Source of the DNA: Octopus vulgaris
Taxonomy: Eukaryota
Reading direction: 5' to 3'
Length of the DNA: 64,000 nt
Assembly: GCA_951406725.2 (NCBI GenBank)
Contig: OX597820.1
Span: 73,904,001-73,968,000, forward strand
The notes beneath the pieces were generated by a model. It saw nothing but the letters and a program-made list of their open reading frames with translations, made no database searches and was not told the origin of the DNA. Positions within the stretch are counted from its first letter, which is position 1, and each line of letters starts with the position of its first letter. A program made the position numbers and the translations under genes. Shown piece by piece: positions 28,700 to 43,000 of the stretch.

Positions 28700-28772
28700 T
28701 GTATGTATGTTTATAATTAAGAGAAAAATCTCTATTAAGCAATTCAATAGTGAAAGACGTTATTCACACCAT

Positions 28773-29392
28773 ATATTTGCGAAGATATTATTGACGCTGT
28801 TATTATCTAGTGTAACAATTAAAAATGATAATAACAGAATCAATAATATAGGCAATTGCAGGCCCCAAAAGCATTAAATAGCTGAAGGAATAAATTAATC
28901 AAAGGACATACTAAGTATATCTACCTGCTGGATATAACAGTCAAAACTCTTATTTAAATCGCCGAAAAAACACTGATAATAACTACAGAAATCAACCATC
29001 TGCGTGCAAACGGGCGAAGGCATTCTCTCAAAATGCATTCAAGTGTATGGATACATGTGGACAGATTTCTAGACTGGCATGATGGAAGCCCCAACCTGTC
29101 ACTTTGAAGTCTGCGCTGCAACTGATTCGTTTTGTACCGAATCATGGCAGTCACCAGTGTGAAAATAGTTTCAATACGGAGCAAATAATTCAGGAGAAAA
29201 TATTTGCAAAGATATTACTGACTCTGCTATTATCTAGTGTAACAATTAAAAATGATAATAACAGAATCAATAATATCAGCGATTGCAGGCCCAAAAAGCA
29301 TTAAATAGCCGAAGGAATAAATTAATCAAAGGACATACTAAATATGTTTACCTGCTGGAAATAAGTCAAAACTCTTCTTCAAATCGCTGAAA
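28773..29392 (+). repeat. ~190-bp direct repeat pair (28773-28966 and 29200-29392)
   Basis: atatttgc.aagatatta...aaatcgc.gaaa is duplicated; the ORF track shows the identical peptide IFAKILLTLLLSSVTIKNDNNRINN twice. Confidence 0.9.
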
Positions 29393-29710
29393 CACACACA
29401 CACACACACGCACACACACGTACGCACACACACACATATATAATACATATATTCTTATATATATATCTATATATATATATATATATATATACTTTTACTT
29501 ATTTCAGTCATTTGACTGCGACCATGCTGGAGCACCGCCTTTAGTCGAAGAAATCGACCCCAAGACATTGTTTGTAAGCCTAGTACTTATTCCGTCGTTC
29601 TCTGTTACCGAACCGTTAAGTTACGGGGACGTAAACACACCAACATCGGTTGTCAAGTGGTGGTGGTGGTGGGGGGGCAAACACAGATATACAAATATAT
29701 ACACCGTATG

Positions 29711-29764
<54 letters not shown>

Positions 29765-29851
29765 CATACAACGGGCTTCTTTCAGTTTCTGTCTACTAAA
29801 TCCACTCCGGAGGCTATAGCAGAAAACACCCAAGGTACCACGCAGTGAGAC

Positions 29852-29922
<71 letters not shown>

Positions 29923-30070
29923 GGAATCTTATATGTGTACCAGCCTGCCTAAATAATGGATCTACAAATGCAATCTCCCTGCTTATTTCACATCTAATTT
30001 CATTCCTCCACTTCACTCTCTATTTCCTATTTTATCTAGAATAACTATTGCTTAACCATCTTCTCACACC

Positions 30071-30117
30071 GTCTCCGATGAAGGGATATAATAAATATCC
30101 TGGGAACAGCTGTAAGA
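30071..30117 (+). ncRNA. Minimal hammerhead-like motif (U4->C, GAAA->GGAA) in a (TA)n-flanked element; decayed relative at ~3138-3178
   Basis: gtct-CCGATGA-a-GGGATAT aataa ATATCCT-g-GGAA-CAGCTG-TA-aga, with palindromic stem III. Confidence 0.5.
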
Positions 30118-30367
30118 ACTGTTTATAAATGTTCTAAAATTTTCACTACCTTGGTTTTTTTTATCTCATACGGAAAAAAAATATACATACATACATACAT
30201 ACATACATACATACATACATACATACATACATACATACATACATACAATAATTATGAAGAATATGCAGACTTGTTCATCTTCAAATTTTATTCTCACATG
30301 CTTTACAATTTTGTACAGCATAGTATAATGACCCACACGTCTTTCCACTGCTCAAACTACTGGCAGT

Positions 30368-30656
<289 letters not shown>

Positions 30657-30768
30657 ATATATATATAATATAATTTTCTGAATCTTCAGATTTTTTTTCA
30701 ATATGCTAGGCCACTGGTTTAAATTGATATTAATCTAATTTATATCAATTTTTACCCTTATTATTCAA

Positions 30769-30804
<36 letters not shown>

Positions 30805-30837
30805 AATATTAGGGAATAAATCCAAACTAATTTAATA

Positions 30838-30896
<59 letters not shown>

Positions 30897-31212
30897 GCGT
30901 ATGCATGTGTGTATATGACTGTTTACATTAGCACAAATCTAAACATTTATCGGAGAAATGTATTGCCAGTTTGAACGGGTCGTAGTAAATGTCAAGTTAT
31001 TTCCTGAACGAATGAAAAGCAGGTAGTGTGTGAATTCAGAACAGAAGGCCGATCTAATTACACTGGACCATATAATCAGGTTCTCTACCGCTTCTATCGC
31101 TCCACTGCCTTTAAATACATTGTAATTAAAGATTTTTTTTTACTTAGGTACAAAGCGAAACATTTATAGAGAATGTATGAAACGCATTGTTTGCTATATT
31201 ACTAGTAATGTT

Positions 31213-31587
31213 TTATTACCCCCGCCTTCACTAAGGCGGAGGTATTGTTTACAGTCGTGTTTGTTTGTTTGTTTGTCCGAGGACAAGATATGTCAAGAAC
31301 CGCTGGGTGGATTCGAATGTAAGTTTCAGGGATGATTAGCCTAATAACTGGCACGAACTGATTAGATTTTGGGATCGATCTGGTACCGGACAAGGATTCT
31401 GGATTATTTTTCCGTTTTTTTTTTACATAATTTTTGAGGGCGGTGGGGCTCATTTTTAGTATTCCTGTTTGTGAGAGCAGATGAATTTATTTCAGATATT
31501 CTCATTTTAAAAATCATCTCTGGCTGATCGTTGGGACGACGTAGGTGTTGCCTTGGTGGAACTTAGCGCACTCTGAGTGCTCTTGTT
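31213..31587 (+). mobile_element. HINE/DINE-1-like (Helentron-associated) non-autonomous element
   Basis: 5' ttattacccccgcc...ggcggagg hairpin, (gttt)n microsatellite, 3' stem-loop gcactc t gagtgc before T-rich sequence. Confidence 0.65.
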
Positions 31588-33708
31588 TTTTATTATTTTT
31601 TTTATGAGTTGAGTCCTTTTGTACTCAGAATCTAAGGAGGAACAAAGCAGAATAAAAATCATTATGAGATGGACGTAGGTGGCATAAAAATACAAATTTA
31701 TAAATAAAATATTTTCCTTTGTTATTTTATTTTTCTTAAAATAGAACATAATGGGTATTTTCTCGCACTTTGTTAACCAGGCACGAAATCATGTGATGAT
31801 GCCACTATGTTGTATTTCAACAATCATTTGCTCCCATACATTCCTTCATAACACTATTATTCTTTTATTCTTTTACTATATCCATCACTGAATCGTGCGA
31901 CCCTACTCGGGCCACCACACAATCTACATAAAAAGATATCGACTCCAGTGTTTATTCCTATCTGGTATTCATTTTATCGAATTCTATTTATCCAAAATGA
32001 GACGATTTGGCACAGCTGACTGGACATTCGGCTTGCTTTGGTGACAGTGTTGTTTGGCAATGGAAACAAATGTGCGGGTACACACATACACATATCTATA
32101 ATCGTCATCAGGACGATATCTCGAGATCAAGGGCAATGGTCTTCTTTTATTTATTATTATTTATAGATAATTATTTATAGATGGGTCCTGGGATGGCTGA
32201 TGCGCCCATTTCTTGTTCAGAAGCTCCTTTCACAAGTGGTACAGGTGGTCCCGCCTTGGTTTATATTTTCTGCGCCTCTTCTTTACTTCTTGCTCGGAAA
32301 CCCTACAAGTCCCAAAGGTTGTTACTCCCACTTTGATGATGGATCTCCAGCGTTCTTGATCCTGAATAAATACACTCTGGCACAACTTCACATGACTTAT
32401 AGTTTCGTGAGCGTATAGAACACTTCCATCTCATCAGATGTTCGGATAAAATAAAGAACCGGGGGTACTCTCGATTTTCTGCGATCTGTGTTCACACTCA
32501 ACCGGATTTAACCTTGCCTCTCATCCTTTCCGAGTGGATAAAATAAATTAAAAGGCATGCTTGATTAGAGCTGACCTGGGGCTGTATGATTACACCAATG
32601 AGTCTATTTGATCAGCCATTACCTTTCTTTAACAACAACTTTCCAAATGTATGTGCTTAAAACTGATTTTTATTCTTCGGTTTTAACAAACACGAACCAG
32701 TGGCCATATTGCTTGACCCTAGATGTTCCTTTTCGATTGAGACAAGTTTTGTCTATAACTGTTAGTTGTTAGCTAGCAGAAATACTTTAATGATAACTTC
32801 AATGTGAACACGAACATTTACAGGAAATGAAATAAAATAAAATAAGGATTAGAAGCTTAGCGAGCGATGTAGGTATGTGTGAGGTGGTTTGCTATAGTAC
32901 TGAGTCGGCGTCAACAGGCAGTCAGGCTCGGCACCCCGCGTGCTTATCAGATTCATCTTTACTGTAAATCCCAAACACTATGAAGAGAAACAAAACAAAA
33001 AGAACACACACACACACACACACGAAAACTTACACTTATGCCCATCTGCATACACATATACACACACGAACACATACAAACATATATATACACATTTACA
33101 ATCACATGTAAGCTCGTTCTCATTCACACGTACAAACTCAACAAACGACGGACAATAACACAAACAAAGCAATAATTTATTTTTAAAAATATACGAAAAC
33201 AAAACGTCTTTTTCACGTCATTATTCACCCTCACCCTAACCCTAACCCTAATTCGCAAAAACAAAACGATGTTTCAATCGTAACCACCGTTCCTTTCACA
33301 ACAAGGTACTATGCGAAGCATGAAGAATGTGCCATTGTAATGAAGTCGTTATGTTATCACATAAATCCGATCTAAATAACAGAGCGAGTGATAGTGGTGG
33401 CAGCAGTGGTGGTGGTGGCGTTGGTGGCGGGGAACCTTGCAAGAATTCAATATAAACACAATCCATTCATACAACAGGCGTTTTTGGCTTTTGATTGTAA
33501 TTATTTTAGTTTTACATCTTTAAAAAAAAAGAACAAAAGCAAAAACAAAAAATGTTAAGTATTGTTTTCTTTTTTTTTTACTATTATATTGTTTATATGT
33601 TGTGAGTGTGTGTGTGTGCGTGTTTGTGCACGCGTGCGTGTGGTTTGCGTGTGTATGTGTGTGTACGTGTGTGTAAAATTACATTAACTCAGACAGATAT
33701 ATCTGTCT

Positions 33709-33775
<67 letters not shown>

Positions 33776-33818
33776 GCAATAATAATTCTCTAAAAGGGAT
33801 ATAGACAGTAACTGCTCG

Positions 33819-34082
33819 ATAACATAAGGGACTAAAGCCATCTGAATATGGCTAGGGACAGGGCAGGGTGGTGGGGGTGTTACTGTTGCATTTAGCCCCA
33901 GGCGAACATCGACGTCACCAGAAAGGCTCGACACCGTCACGGTGCCCTAAACCGGTTTAGGGCACCGTGACGGTGTCGAGCCTTTCTGGTGACGTCGATG
34001 TTCGCCTGGGGCAAATGCAACAGTAACACCCCACCACCCTGCCCTGTCCCTAGCCATATTCAGATGGCTTTAGTCCCTTATG

Positions 34083-34086
<4 letters not shown>
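33819..34086. repeat. Near-perfect spacerless palindrome (135/133-bp arms, centre aacc|ggtt)
   Basis: Arms differ by two 1-nt indels. Centre at 33953/33954; flanked by (TA)n. Confidence 0.97.
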
Positions 34087-34121
<35 letters not shown>

Positions 34122-34208
34122 TGTGTGTGTGTGTGTACATACATGAATCTGCATATATATATATTACACACACATATGCATACATATATGCATACATACA
34201 TACATACA

Positions 34209-34242
<34 letters not shown>

Positions 34243-34260
34243 CATACATGCATGCATACA

Positions 34261-34294
<34 letters not shown>

Positions 34295-34909
34295 CAGACA
34301 TATATACATATACTAATATGCTTATAAACATATACACATAAGCACACACGTTTATATGTTTATTTACATGTAAATATACAAGTACATAACTATGTATGTA
34401 CGAATGCATGTTTGTATGTATGTATGTATGTATGTATGTGTATATCTACATACATATATATACATACACACATACACACATATATACATATATAATCTAT
34501 GTATTGTATATATATATATATATATAATTGCATTATGTTTATGTATAAAGTCGTGTGTATGCATTTATACGGAAATACACACATGCACATATGCGTGTGG
34601 TGTGTGTGTGTGTGTGTGCGTGTGTCTTGGTGTAAGTGCGAATGTGGGGAAAAGTGCGTGCGTATGTGTGTGTGTGTGTGTGTTTTGAAGAAGCTATGTA
34701 AACCATTCTCCTGCTGGTGGCTATGTTTATCTAAGCCGTCTCGGTTTCAACGGGAGGGCTGGTCTATCTTGTAGCACACAGGTCTGCCGCATCGCGATTA
34801 GAGAACGACAGCAACATCAACAGCGGGGGAATCTTTAATATCAGCAATATTAGTAACAACAATAACAACAGCAACAACAACAACATCATCAACACCAAAA
34901 CCAATGAAG

Positions 34910-34945
<36 letters not shown>

Positions 34946-35034
34946 CACAGCGTAATCCGTCAGAAATAACAGCCAGAATTTCCTGAAATCATATTCTACA
35001 ATCTCGGCAGATGGAAGGACATATAAATAATATA

Positions 35035-35082
<48 letters not shown>

Positions 35083-35601
35083 GATTATTATTATTATTGA
35101 GTGAGAGAGCAGTTCATGCCATCAAAGTGACACTGGGGTGAAATATACGAAGCCCAATATACCCATCATGACTACCCGTCTGATAAGGGTACACCAGGCA
35201 CATGCATCACAACCATATGTGCGCGACATGATGATCTCATATCAAGGTAAACAGCGCATGACCTTGCAGGTGGGGCCCAGTTAGAATTTTCTTCAGGTCG
35301 AGTAGCCCATCCCGCTTAAAAGGTCCCTGAATAAGGGTTGTTTAAGGATGTTGAAAGAACCACCCATGTTTCCAGAGGTGAATTATTCAAACCCCAAAGA
35401 ATCCCTCTCAACACATGGCTATGATGCTCCCCCACTACTTCTGCTCGTGATCAGAGATGCACATATCGTCAGCCACTAAAGGACATGCTCAACTGGTTAA
35501 AGTCAAACAACTGACAAGAAAAATCTGTGGTATTGAGCAGAATATTTGCTGTAGCCCATCTTTTATACCAAGACAAAACAATGTACATGATGACACTTCC
35601 A

Positions 35602-35652
<51 letters not shown>

Positions 35653-35861
35653 GTTGTTGTTGTTGTTGTTATTATTATTATTTATTTCATCACTGTACTG
35701 CGGTCATGCTGGAGCACCGCTTTGAATGGTTTAAGGGTTTAGACGATCAAATCAGCCAAAATACTTTTAAAGTGTGACACTTATTCTGACGGTCACTTTT
35801 GACGACCCACTAGATTTCGGGAAAGCAAGCAAACCAACGGTGGCTTTCAAGCACACAAACA

Positions 35862-35894
<33 letters not shown>

Positions 35895-36160
35895 GATGAT
35901 TGTATAATTTATTCTTAATAAATTCCGGTAGATTCGAGATTCTCCCAATGCTATGAATCGAGTGTCTTACAAACACACATTCATTTGAAAGAAGTTGCTC
36001 TCTTATGAAACACACCAGAAACTAGTTTATTCACGTTTGAGTGTGCAGAAGCGTATTTAAAATATCCCTGCAAGGCATCGTTTTGATTTTTGCTTTTCTC
36101 CCTGCATATAACGATTTGTTTGCTGAAGTTATAAGCAAGAGCCATGAACTCATGTAGACT

Positions 36161-36240
36161 CATTAATCCGGAGTGCTCTTGGCTGACGAGACATAAAGAT
36201 GTCGAAACACCTGGTGTCCCGAAGTCTCCTTACGCTAATG
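36161..36240 (+). ncRNA. Canonical extended type I hammerhead ribozyme; predicted cleavage after GUC at 36218
   Basis: catta..ggag-tgctc-ttgg-CTGACGA-GACAT aaag ATGTC-GAAA-CAC ctg GTG-TC-ccga-agt-ctcc..taatg. All core nucleotides are intact, with a G10.1-C11.1 pair and stem I carrying an internal loop. Confidence 0.85.
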
Positions 36241-37283
36241 AAGCGAGAAATTATTCTCCTGTGACGAAATATCAGCGATTAGTAAATTCATATTCGAATC
36301 AATTGGAACATAAGCAGCCATCAAAAATTCTACCCACCTCACCCTACTGCCTAAATACAAAAAGTCAGTATGGTCATGAGTGGAACGTCTTTTCTTAATA
36401 GGTTTGCTAGATCAAAAGTGGCCTGAGGATTAATCAGTAACAACAGCAACAACAATAAATGTTATTCTACAAGCGAAAACAACGGCTTTATGTGGTCGAT
36501 CGATCGGCTAGAAATAACAGTGAAGTCCCCTTCAAATGAGATTTTACAGCTTTTAAGAGAGACAGAGAGAGGAGGGGGACGGATACTTTAGCTTGATTGT
36601 GAACACCTAGTCTTCAACATATGGGATAGTCACAAGTGGAATGGCTTTGATCTTAGATTGACTAAATAACAGCAAGGACAACAACAATGAAAACAATCGT
36701 TATTCTAGAAATAGCACACAAATCTCTCGCAAATCACCATGTTTATTCGACTACAATGCAATCTCGAATACAATGCAACTTATGCCTGTCCTTTTACAGC
36801 TAACAACATGTAACATTTTTTTATCTTCTGGTATAAGGTGACACCGGAGTACAGCCAAGGTTGTTTGTATGTTTAGTGAAATATTGCAGCAATTAAATAC
36901 ACACACAGACACACATACACACAGAGAAAACATATATTTGCACACATACACATACAAAAACCCAACAAACAACCATTAAAACTAGATTGGTGTCTGCTTT
37001 TGCTCAGTAGCATAAAAGCTACTGAGTGAAGAATACAGAAGTTGTTAAAAAGAAAGTCATTCCTCATGAACAAGTTTATTCGTTAAAAACAATTCCAATC
37101 TCGTTCTCTCATTCATCATCCAATTCTCCAAATAACTTGAGAGCCATTTTCCGTCATTAAGCTTTTCATCAGCGCCTTCTTCTTCTTCTTCTTCTTCTTC
37201 TTCTTCTCATATAGGTTTCAAATCTTGACACAAGGCCAGCAAATTCGGGAGAGGGTGCAAGCCGACTACGCTGATCTCATACA

Positions 37284-37328
<45 letters not shown>

Positions 37329-37519
37329 GCGCGCGCGCAACCCCCACATATACACACACACGCATATATATATATACATACACACACATGTATATATGTA
37401 TATATATATATATACACATATACACAGACATATATATATATATATGCACACACACATATATATATATATGCACACATATATACACACTCATATACACACA
37501 CACGTACACACACATATAG

Positions 37520-37583
<64 letters not shown>

Positions 37584-39679
37584 GCATACATATTTACAAA
37601 TATATTTCGAGGGAGAGAGAGAGAGGGGAGAGAGAGAAAGAGAGGGAGAGAAAGAGATAGATTATACAACATAAGTTGTTATATTCCTACCCATCCAATT
37701 CATTACAGATGTCAGTCCTTAAAAGGGTCTTCGAAATCAGAGAATTGAAGTAAAGCATTCCAGGCTACTCAAGAGGCAACAGTTGCAAGGTCAAGCTTTT
37801 TAAGATCATGCCCCCCCCCCACCTCACCCCCGGTCGTTTTCATCCCTTTATCTTCTAATATTCATGATATCCACTGATATTCCTTAAATGATTTGTTCAA
37901 AACAACATCAAGGAACAGAAGAAGACTAGTCAAAACACATGGGTTTATAGTTTGATGAAAGAAGGCATCAGGAAAAACGCTTAGCGGCGTTTCTTCTGGA
38001 TATATACATTTTGAGTTCAAATTCCGCCGAGGTCGACTTTGCGTTTATCCTCTTAGGGTCGACAAAATGAAGTACCGATCGAGAAGAGGGGTCGATGAAA
38101 TCGATTATCTCCTCTGCCAAAATTTCAAACCTTGTGCCTGTAGTTGAAAAAAATTATTATTATTTTTAAAGGAGTAAACTGGCAGCGCGTCGTTAGCGCG
38201 TCGGGCAGAAATGCTTAGCGGCATTTTTTCCGGTTCTTTACGTTTTGAGTTCGAATTCCGCTGAGGTCATCTTTGCCTTTTATCTTTTCGGAGTCAATAA
38301 AATAAAACTAGCTGAGCACTGACTTACACCTTCCCTTCAAAATTGCAGAGGTTGTACTAACAATTTAGAACTATTATAGTTTGATGAAAGGCGGCGAAGA
38401 ATTGGTTTTGTCTTTTGAGTGTTGGATAAAATGCAACTTGGTATTTGTTACTTCAGTTCGAATTCTGCAGAGGCCAACTTTGTCTTTTATCCTTTCAGGG
38501 TCGATAAACAAGTTTCAATTCAGTGAGGAAAGGGGGCGGGGTGGGGTAGACTGACAAAACTGTTAGAGCATCGGGCGAGATATTTTGTGATATCTGCATA
38601 GTATCCTTGCATTCTAATGGCCAAGTTGTATCGGTCTTTCGTTATTAAATTTCTCACCAAAATGCACCCCTTATGAGTTTCAATTAAATTCTAAAATAAT
38701 CATGTATCTAGACTAATTTCACTAAACAACTTTCTTTTATTTATTAATATATTAATGTAATTTTGGAACACAATTGGAGGAAATGTTCTTAATCAATTCT
38801 ATTGCATAACTTTTTATCTCAAAGCGACTCTGATTGCAGGTCAATACAGCAATATATACATAGAAAATGAGTCATCAGCTAATATTCAATTGGGTATGTA
38901 ACAAAAATTCTTAATATAGAAGAATTGTGCACATCACTAGATTATTAGTTGAATTTAATGCACATAAGAACAGGTTAAATAACATGAAATGAAATACCGG
39001 AATTTGTTTTTGAAGAAAACTAGAAAATTAAATACACCAACTAAACAAACTCACACAGATACACGAATACGCAAGAACATATATAATAAAGATTTACAAT
39101 AGACATTAAATGAAAACTTGTTACTCACCTTACAGATAAATTAAAATTACAGGTAGATAAAATGTAAAAACGAAGTAAATGAAAAAAAAATATTTATACG
39201 ATCTAATCATACATATATACAATATTCATACAATATTTCTGTCATGGAAACTTGTAAAACATCCCACTCTACATACTGCAACCTTGCAGAATGCACATTT
39301 GGATGAAGTTTCAACTGGCTGTCCACTGGGAGTTTTTCTTTGTTGATGTAGACATTCACGGCACTACCTTTTGCAACCCTCAATTTTTTTCTAACTTTTT
39401 GAGATCGGCTGAACTCAGAGCGATATCTAACTGGCAGGTTTTGCTTTTCTTTCCTACAGTTACTCTTTTACTCTTTTACTCTTTTACTTGTTTCAGTCAT
39501 TTGACTGCGGCCATGCTGGAGCACCGCCTTTAATCGAGCAACTCGACCCCGGGACTTATTCTTTGTAAGCCCAGTACTTATTCTATCGGTCTCTTTTGCC
39601 GAACCGCTAAGTGACGGGGACGTAAACACACCAGCATCAGTTGTCAAGCAATGCTAGGGGGACAAACACAGACACACAG

Positions 39680-39712
<33 letters not shown>

Positions 39713-40089
39713 CATATATACGACAGGCTTCTTTCAGTTTCCGTCTACCAAATCCACTCACAAGGCATTGGTCGGCCCGAGGCTATAGTAGAAGACACTT
39801 GCCCAAGATGCCACGCAGTGGGACTGAACCCGGAACCATGTGGTTGGTTAGCAAGCTACTTTATTTCATATAATTTGCCATTTAGGCATTTACAAAGAGG
39901 GGACAAACAAGGACAGACAAATATAAAGGGTGAAGTAGCTTAACACAGTTACAATTTTCGAATGAAATTACGGATAAGATTATAAACAATGAATTTTACG
40001 AAGGCAATGTTTAAAAATATTAATGATCATGTCGAAAGACGGACACCCAGCCATCCGGGTAGAACCTTTACTTTCTGATCCGGTCACAC

Positions 40090-43000
40090 TTACCTGGTGC
40101 CAAACATACCCATCTTGTATGCCACGGGCTTCCATCTTTTCACAAACATATCTCGTGACAGACACCTCTTCTCCAGCCTGATTTTGCTACTGAGGTGGTA
40201 ACTGAAAAAGTTAATCAACCCCTGGCCGGAGACAAAGGTGCCTGTCACTATACCTTTCGTACGCGTCTTCCATACTATTTCTTTCAGTATGGCTACTACA
40301 CAGAAAAAACAAGCCTTTCTTTCCCTGTTAAGGAAAGGGGGCGGCACAATCTCGATGATAGACTCAGCTGATAGCTGTACTCTTCCCATCACTGACAACA
40401 GTTGTTCAACAAAAGCTATCAGTCCCGATAACTCCGGACACTCCACGAATGCGTGCAAGACGGTCTCCCTATCCTGCTCACATCGCGGGCATGTCGGCGA
40501 GACGGCACTACCGTGCCTTGACAGCTTGTCGCGAACAGGTAAAGCTGCACGGAAACACTGCCAGGCTAGGGATTTCTGGTAATTATCCAGATACCCCGGC
40601 CCGAACGTCCTCCGGAACAGGTTGACCAACTGATTTTCATCGTAGCCCAGGGTCTCCCCCAAGGCGTCTTCGGACTTAATCTCCACTAACCCGCTATAGA
40701 AATCCGTGGTGGAACTCCTGTTGCCGGCGTTGCCCACCCGAGATAGTAGCTGGAGCGCCTGACGGCACTCCAAATGCCATTCACTCGGTTTAGGTCTCCG
40801 CTTGATCCATGCACCGATGTCCGTTAGGGATGTTAACTGGGGAAGGTAGAACCGGACGTGCGGCGACCACACCTGCTCTCCATCCAGGTAAAGCCAGAGG
40901 TGCCTCAACCTTAACGCGAGTTTTCGCATCCTCAGCCAAGGCATCCCTAGCCCACCCTTTAGCGGTTTCTGGCAGCAGACAGAGCGCTTTACAAGTGGCT
41001 TTCCTCCTTTCTACAAAAATCGGAAAAGGATTCTCTCCAACTTGTTCAGCCACAAATCGGGGCAAGGCACCACGGTCAGACGGTAGGTGATTACTGATGC
41101 TATAAACATCTGCACCACCTCCGCCTTCCCTAGCAGGGATAACGCCCGCCCAGACCAGGTCTGGGTTAGAGCGGTCACCTTGTTGGCCACCTCACTCCAA
41201 TTTTTCTCAATCTGGAGGTCTGGCCCGAACCAGACTCCGAGCAGCTTAACAGGACCTTCCGTCCAACGCCCTACGACGTTATTGGACGGCATCGGCTTGC
41301 CCCTCCAGGTGCCGAGTTGCAAACCGACCGACTTGTCCTTGTTAACCTTTGCTCCTGCCACCACCTCGTAGCTTTTCATGGCCTCTTCCACCACTGGAAG
41401 CTGGCCTTCGTCTGCCACGATGATGGAGGTGTCATCCGCATACTCCGTAGCTCCTCTTCCACACCATAGATCATGCGGCGCGCCCCCTAGTGCCTCCAAC
41501 TTCCGCAGCAAAGGCTCAAGAGCCAATACGTATAGGAGCGAGGACAGGGGACACCCTTGACGAACTGAACGCTCGATCCTGAACGGCTTCGAAAAGGAAC
41601 CGTTCACCTTGACTACAGACTCGATGTCGCTATACAAAGCAGCGATCCAACCTCGAAAGGTCGGGCCTAGGCCAGCCTCTCCGAGGACCGCCGCCAGGTA
41701 CCGATGGTCGACCCTATCAAATGCTTTGGACTGGTCTAAATGTACCAGTGCTCCCCCTGCGCCAGAAAGCTTCCCCACCCTCTCTAAGGAGTAGCGTATA
41801 AGGTGGAGATTATCGTGGATCGTTCTGCCGGGGATAGCGCACGTTTGCGCTTCCCCGACAAGTTTGTCCACGACCCGCGCCAACCTTTTTGCTCGCACCT
41901 TGGCCAGAATCTTTAACTCTGTGTTTAACAGAGTTATGGGCCTGAAGTTCCCTATCTCGTCCCCCTTGTTCGGGTCCTTCCTGATCAACGTCACCGCCTC
42001 CCGGCTCGCAGACTTGGGAATTCTCCCATTCTGCTGCCAGTTGGCGTAGACGCTAGCCAGCAGGTGCCCGAACAAGTCCTGGCATACTTCTATAAAATTC
42101 ATAGGGCAGACCATCGAGACCCGGCGACTTCTCCCCGGGGCACTTGCCCAACACCTCGATTACTTCCTCGGTTGTGATTGGCCCTTCACAGCACTCAGCC
42201 TCTCGTGTCAAGAGGCGCGGGCCACCAGACAGGAAGTCCCTAATGGCCTCACCATGATCCAGCGTCCCGCACCTCCCGGACAACTCGGCGAAGTGCTTGT
42301 GAAGTGCCTCACACATCTCGTCCCGCTTCTTGATCGTGCATCCGTTTTCATCAATAAGAGACCCAATTGTGGCATCGTTTCCACGCTGTGTTTCTATCGT
42401 ACGGGCCCATCCGGCAACATTAATTCCCTCACGGCCCAATGCTCGTACTTTAGCCCGGACTCTACATCCCTCATGTTTGGTTTTGAGGTGACGGTCTAAT
42501 GCCGTTCTCGCCGCTAAAATGTGAGATGCAGAGCCCAACCTCAACGCCTCCTCTAAGTTCTTAACTAGTTGCCCTTCTATTCTAGCCCTATCTAGTCTTA
42601 GTTGTTTACTAAATCTAATGGACTCGAATCGAATGGCTCTTTTGAGGGTGAACCACTACCGGTTATTAACCACGGCTCCGGTTAACGCCCTCTGCACTAA
42701 CACCTTAATCCGGCTACGGTATGCCTCGCGTGTCAAAATAGACTTGTTCAACTTCCAGTAGCCGGTTCCTATCTTAAGTGTGCTATCTATGTCCAGTCTA
42801 CACGTGACCATTCTATGGTCAGTATAGGGCACCTGGACGAGCTGTGGACAACTAAAACTAGACTTATCTCTAGTTCTTATCACTATCCTGTCTAGATAAG
42901 ACTTGAACCTTCCGTCGCCACTCATCCAGGTCCACTCTGGGACGTTCGGATGGTCAAGTCTGTAACGATCTGCTAGCTGAAACTGCTTAAGCAGATCCAC

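Noticed and set aside
33227-33250. (CCCTAA)n telomere-like repeat
   Set aside because: Only 3-4 units, probably internal to a repeat element; not a telomere.
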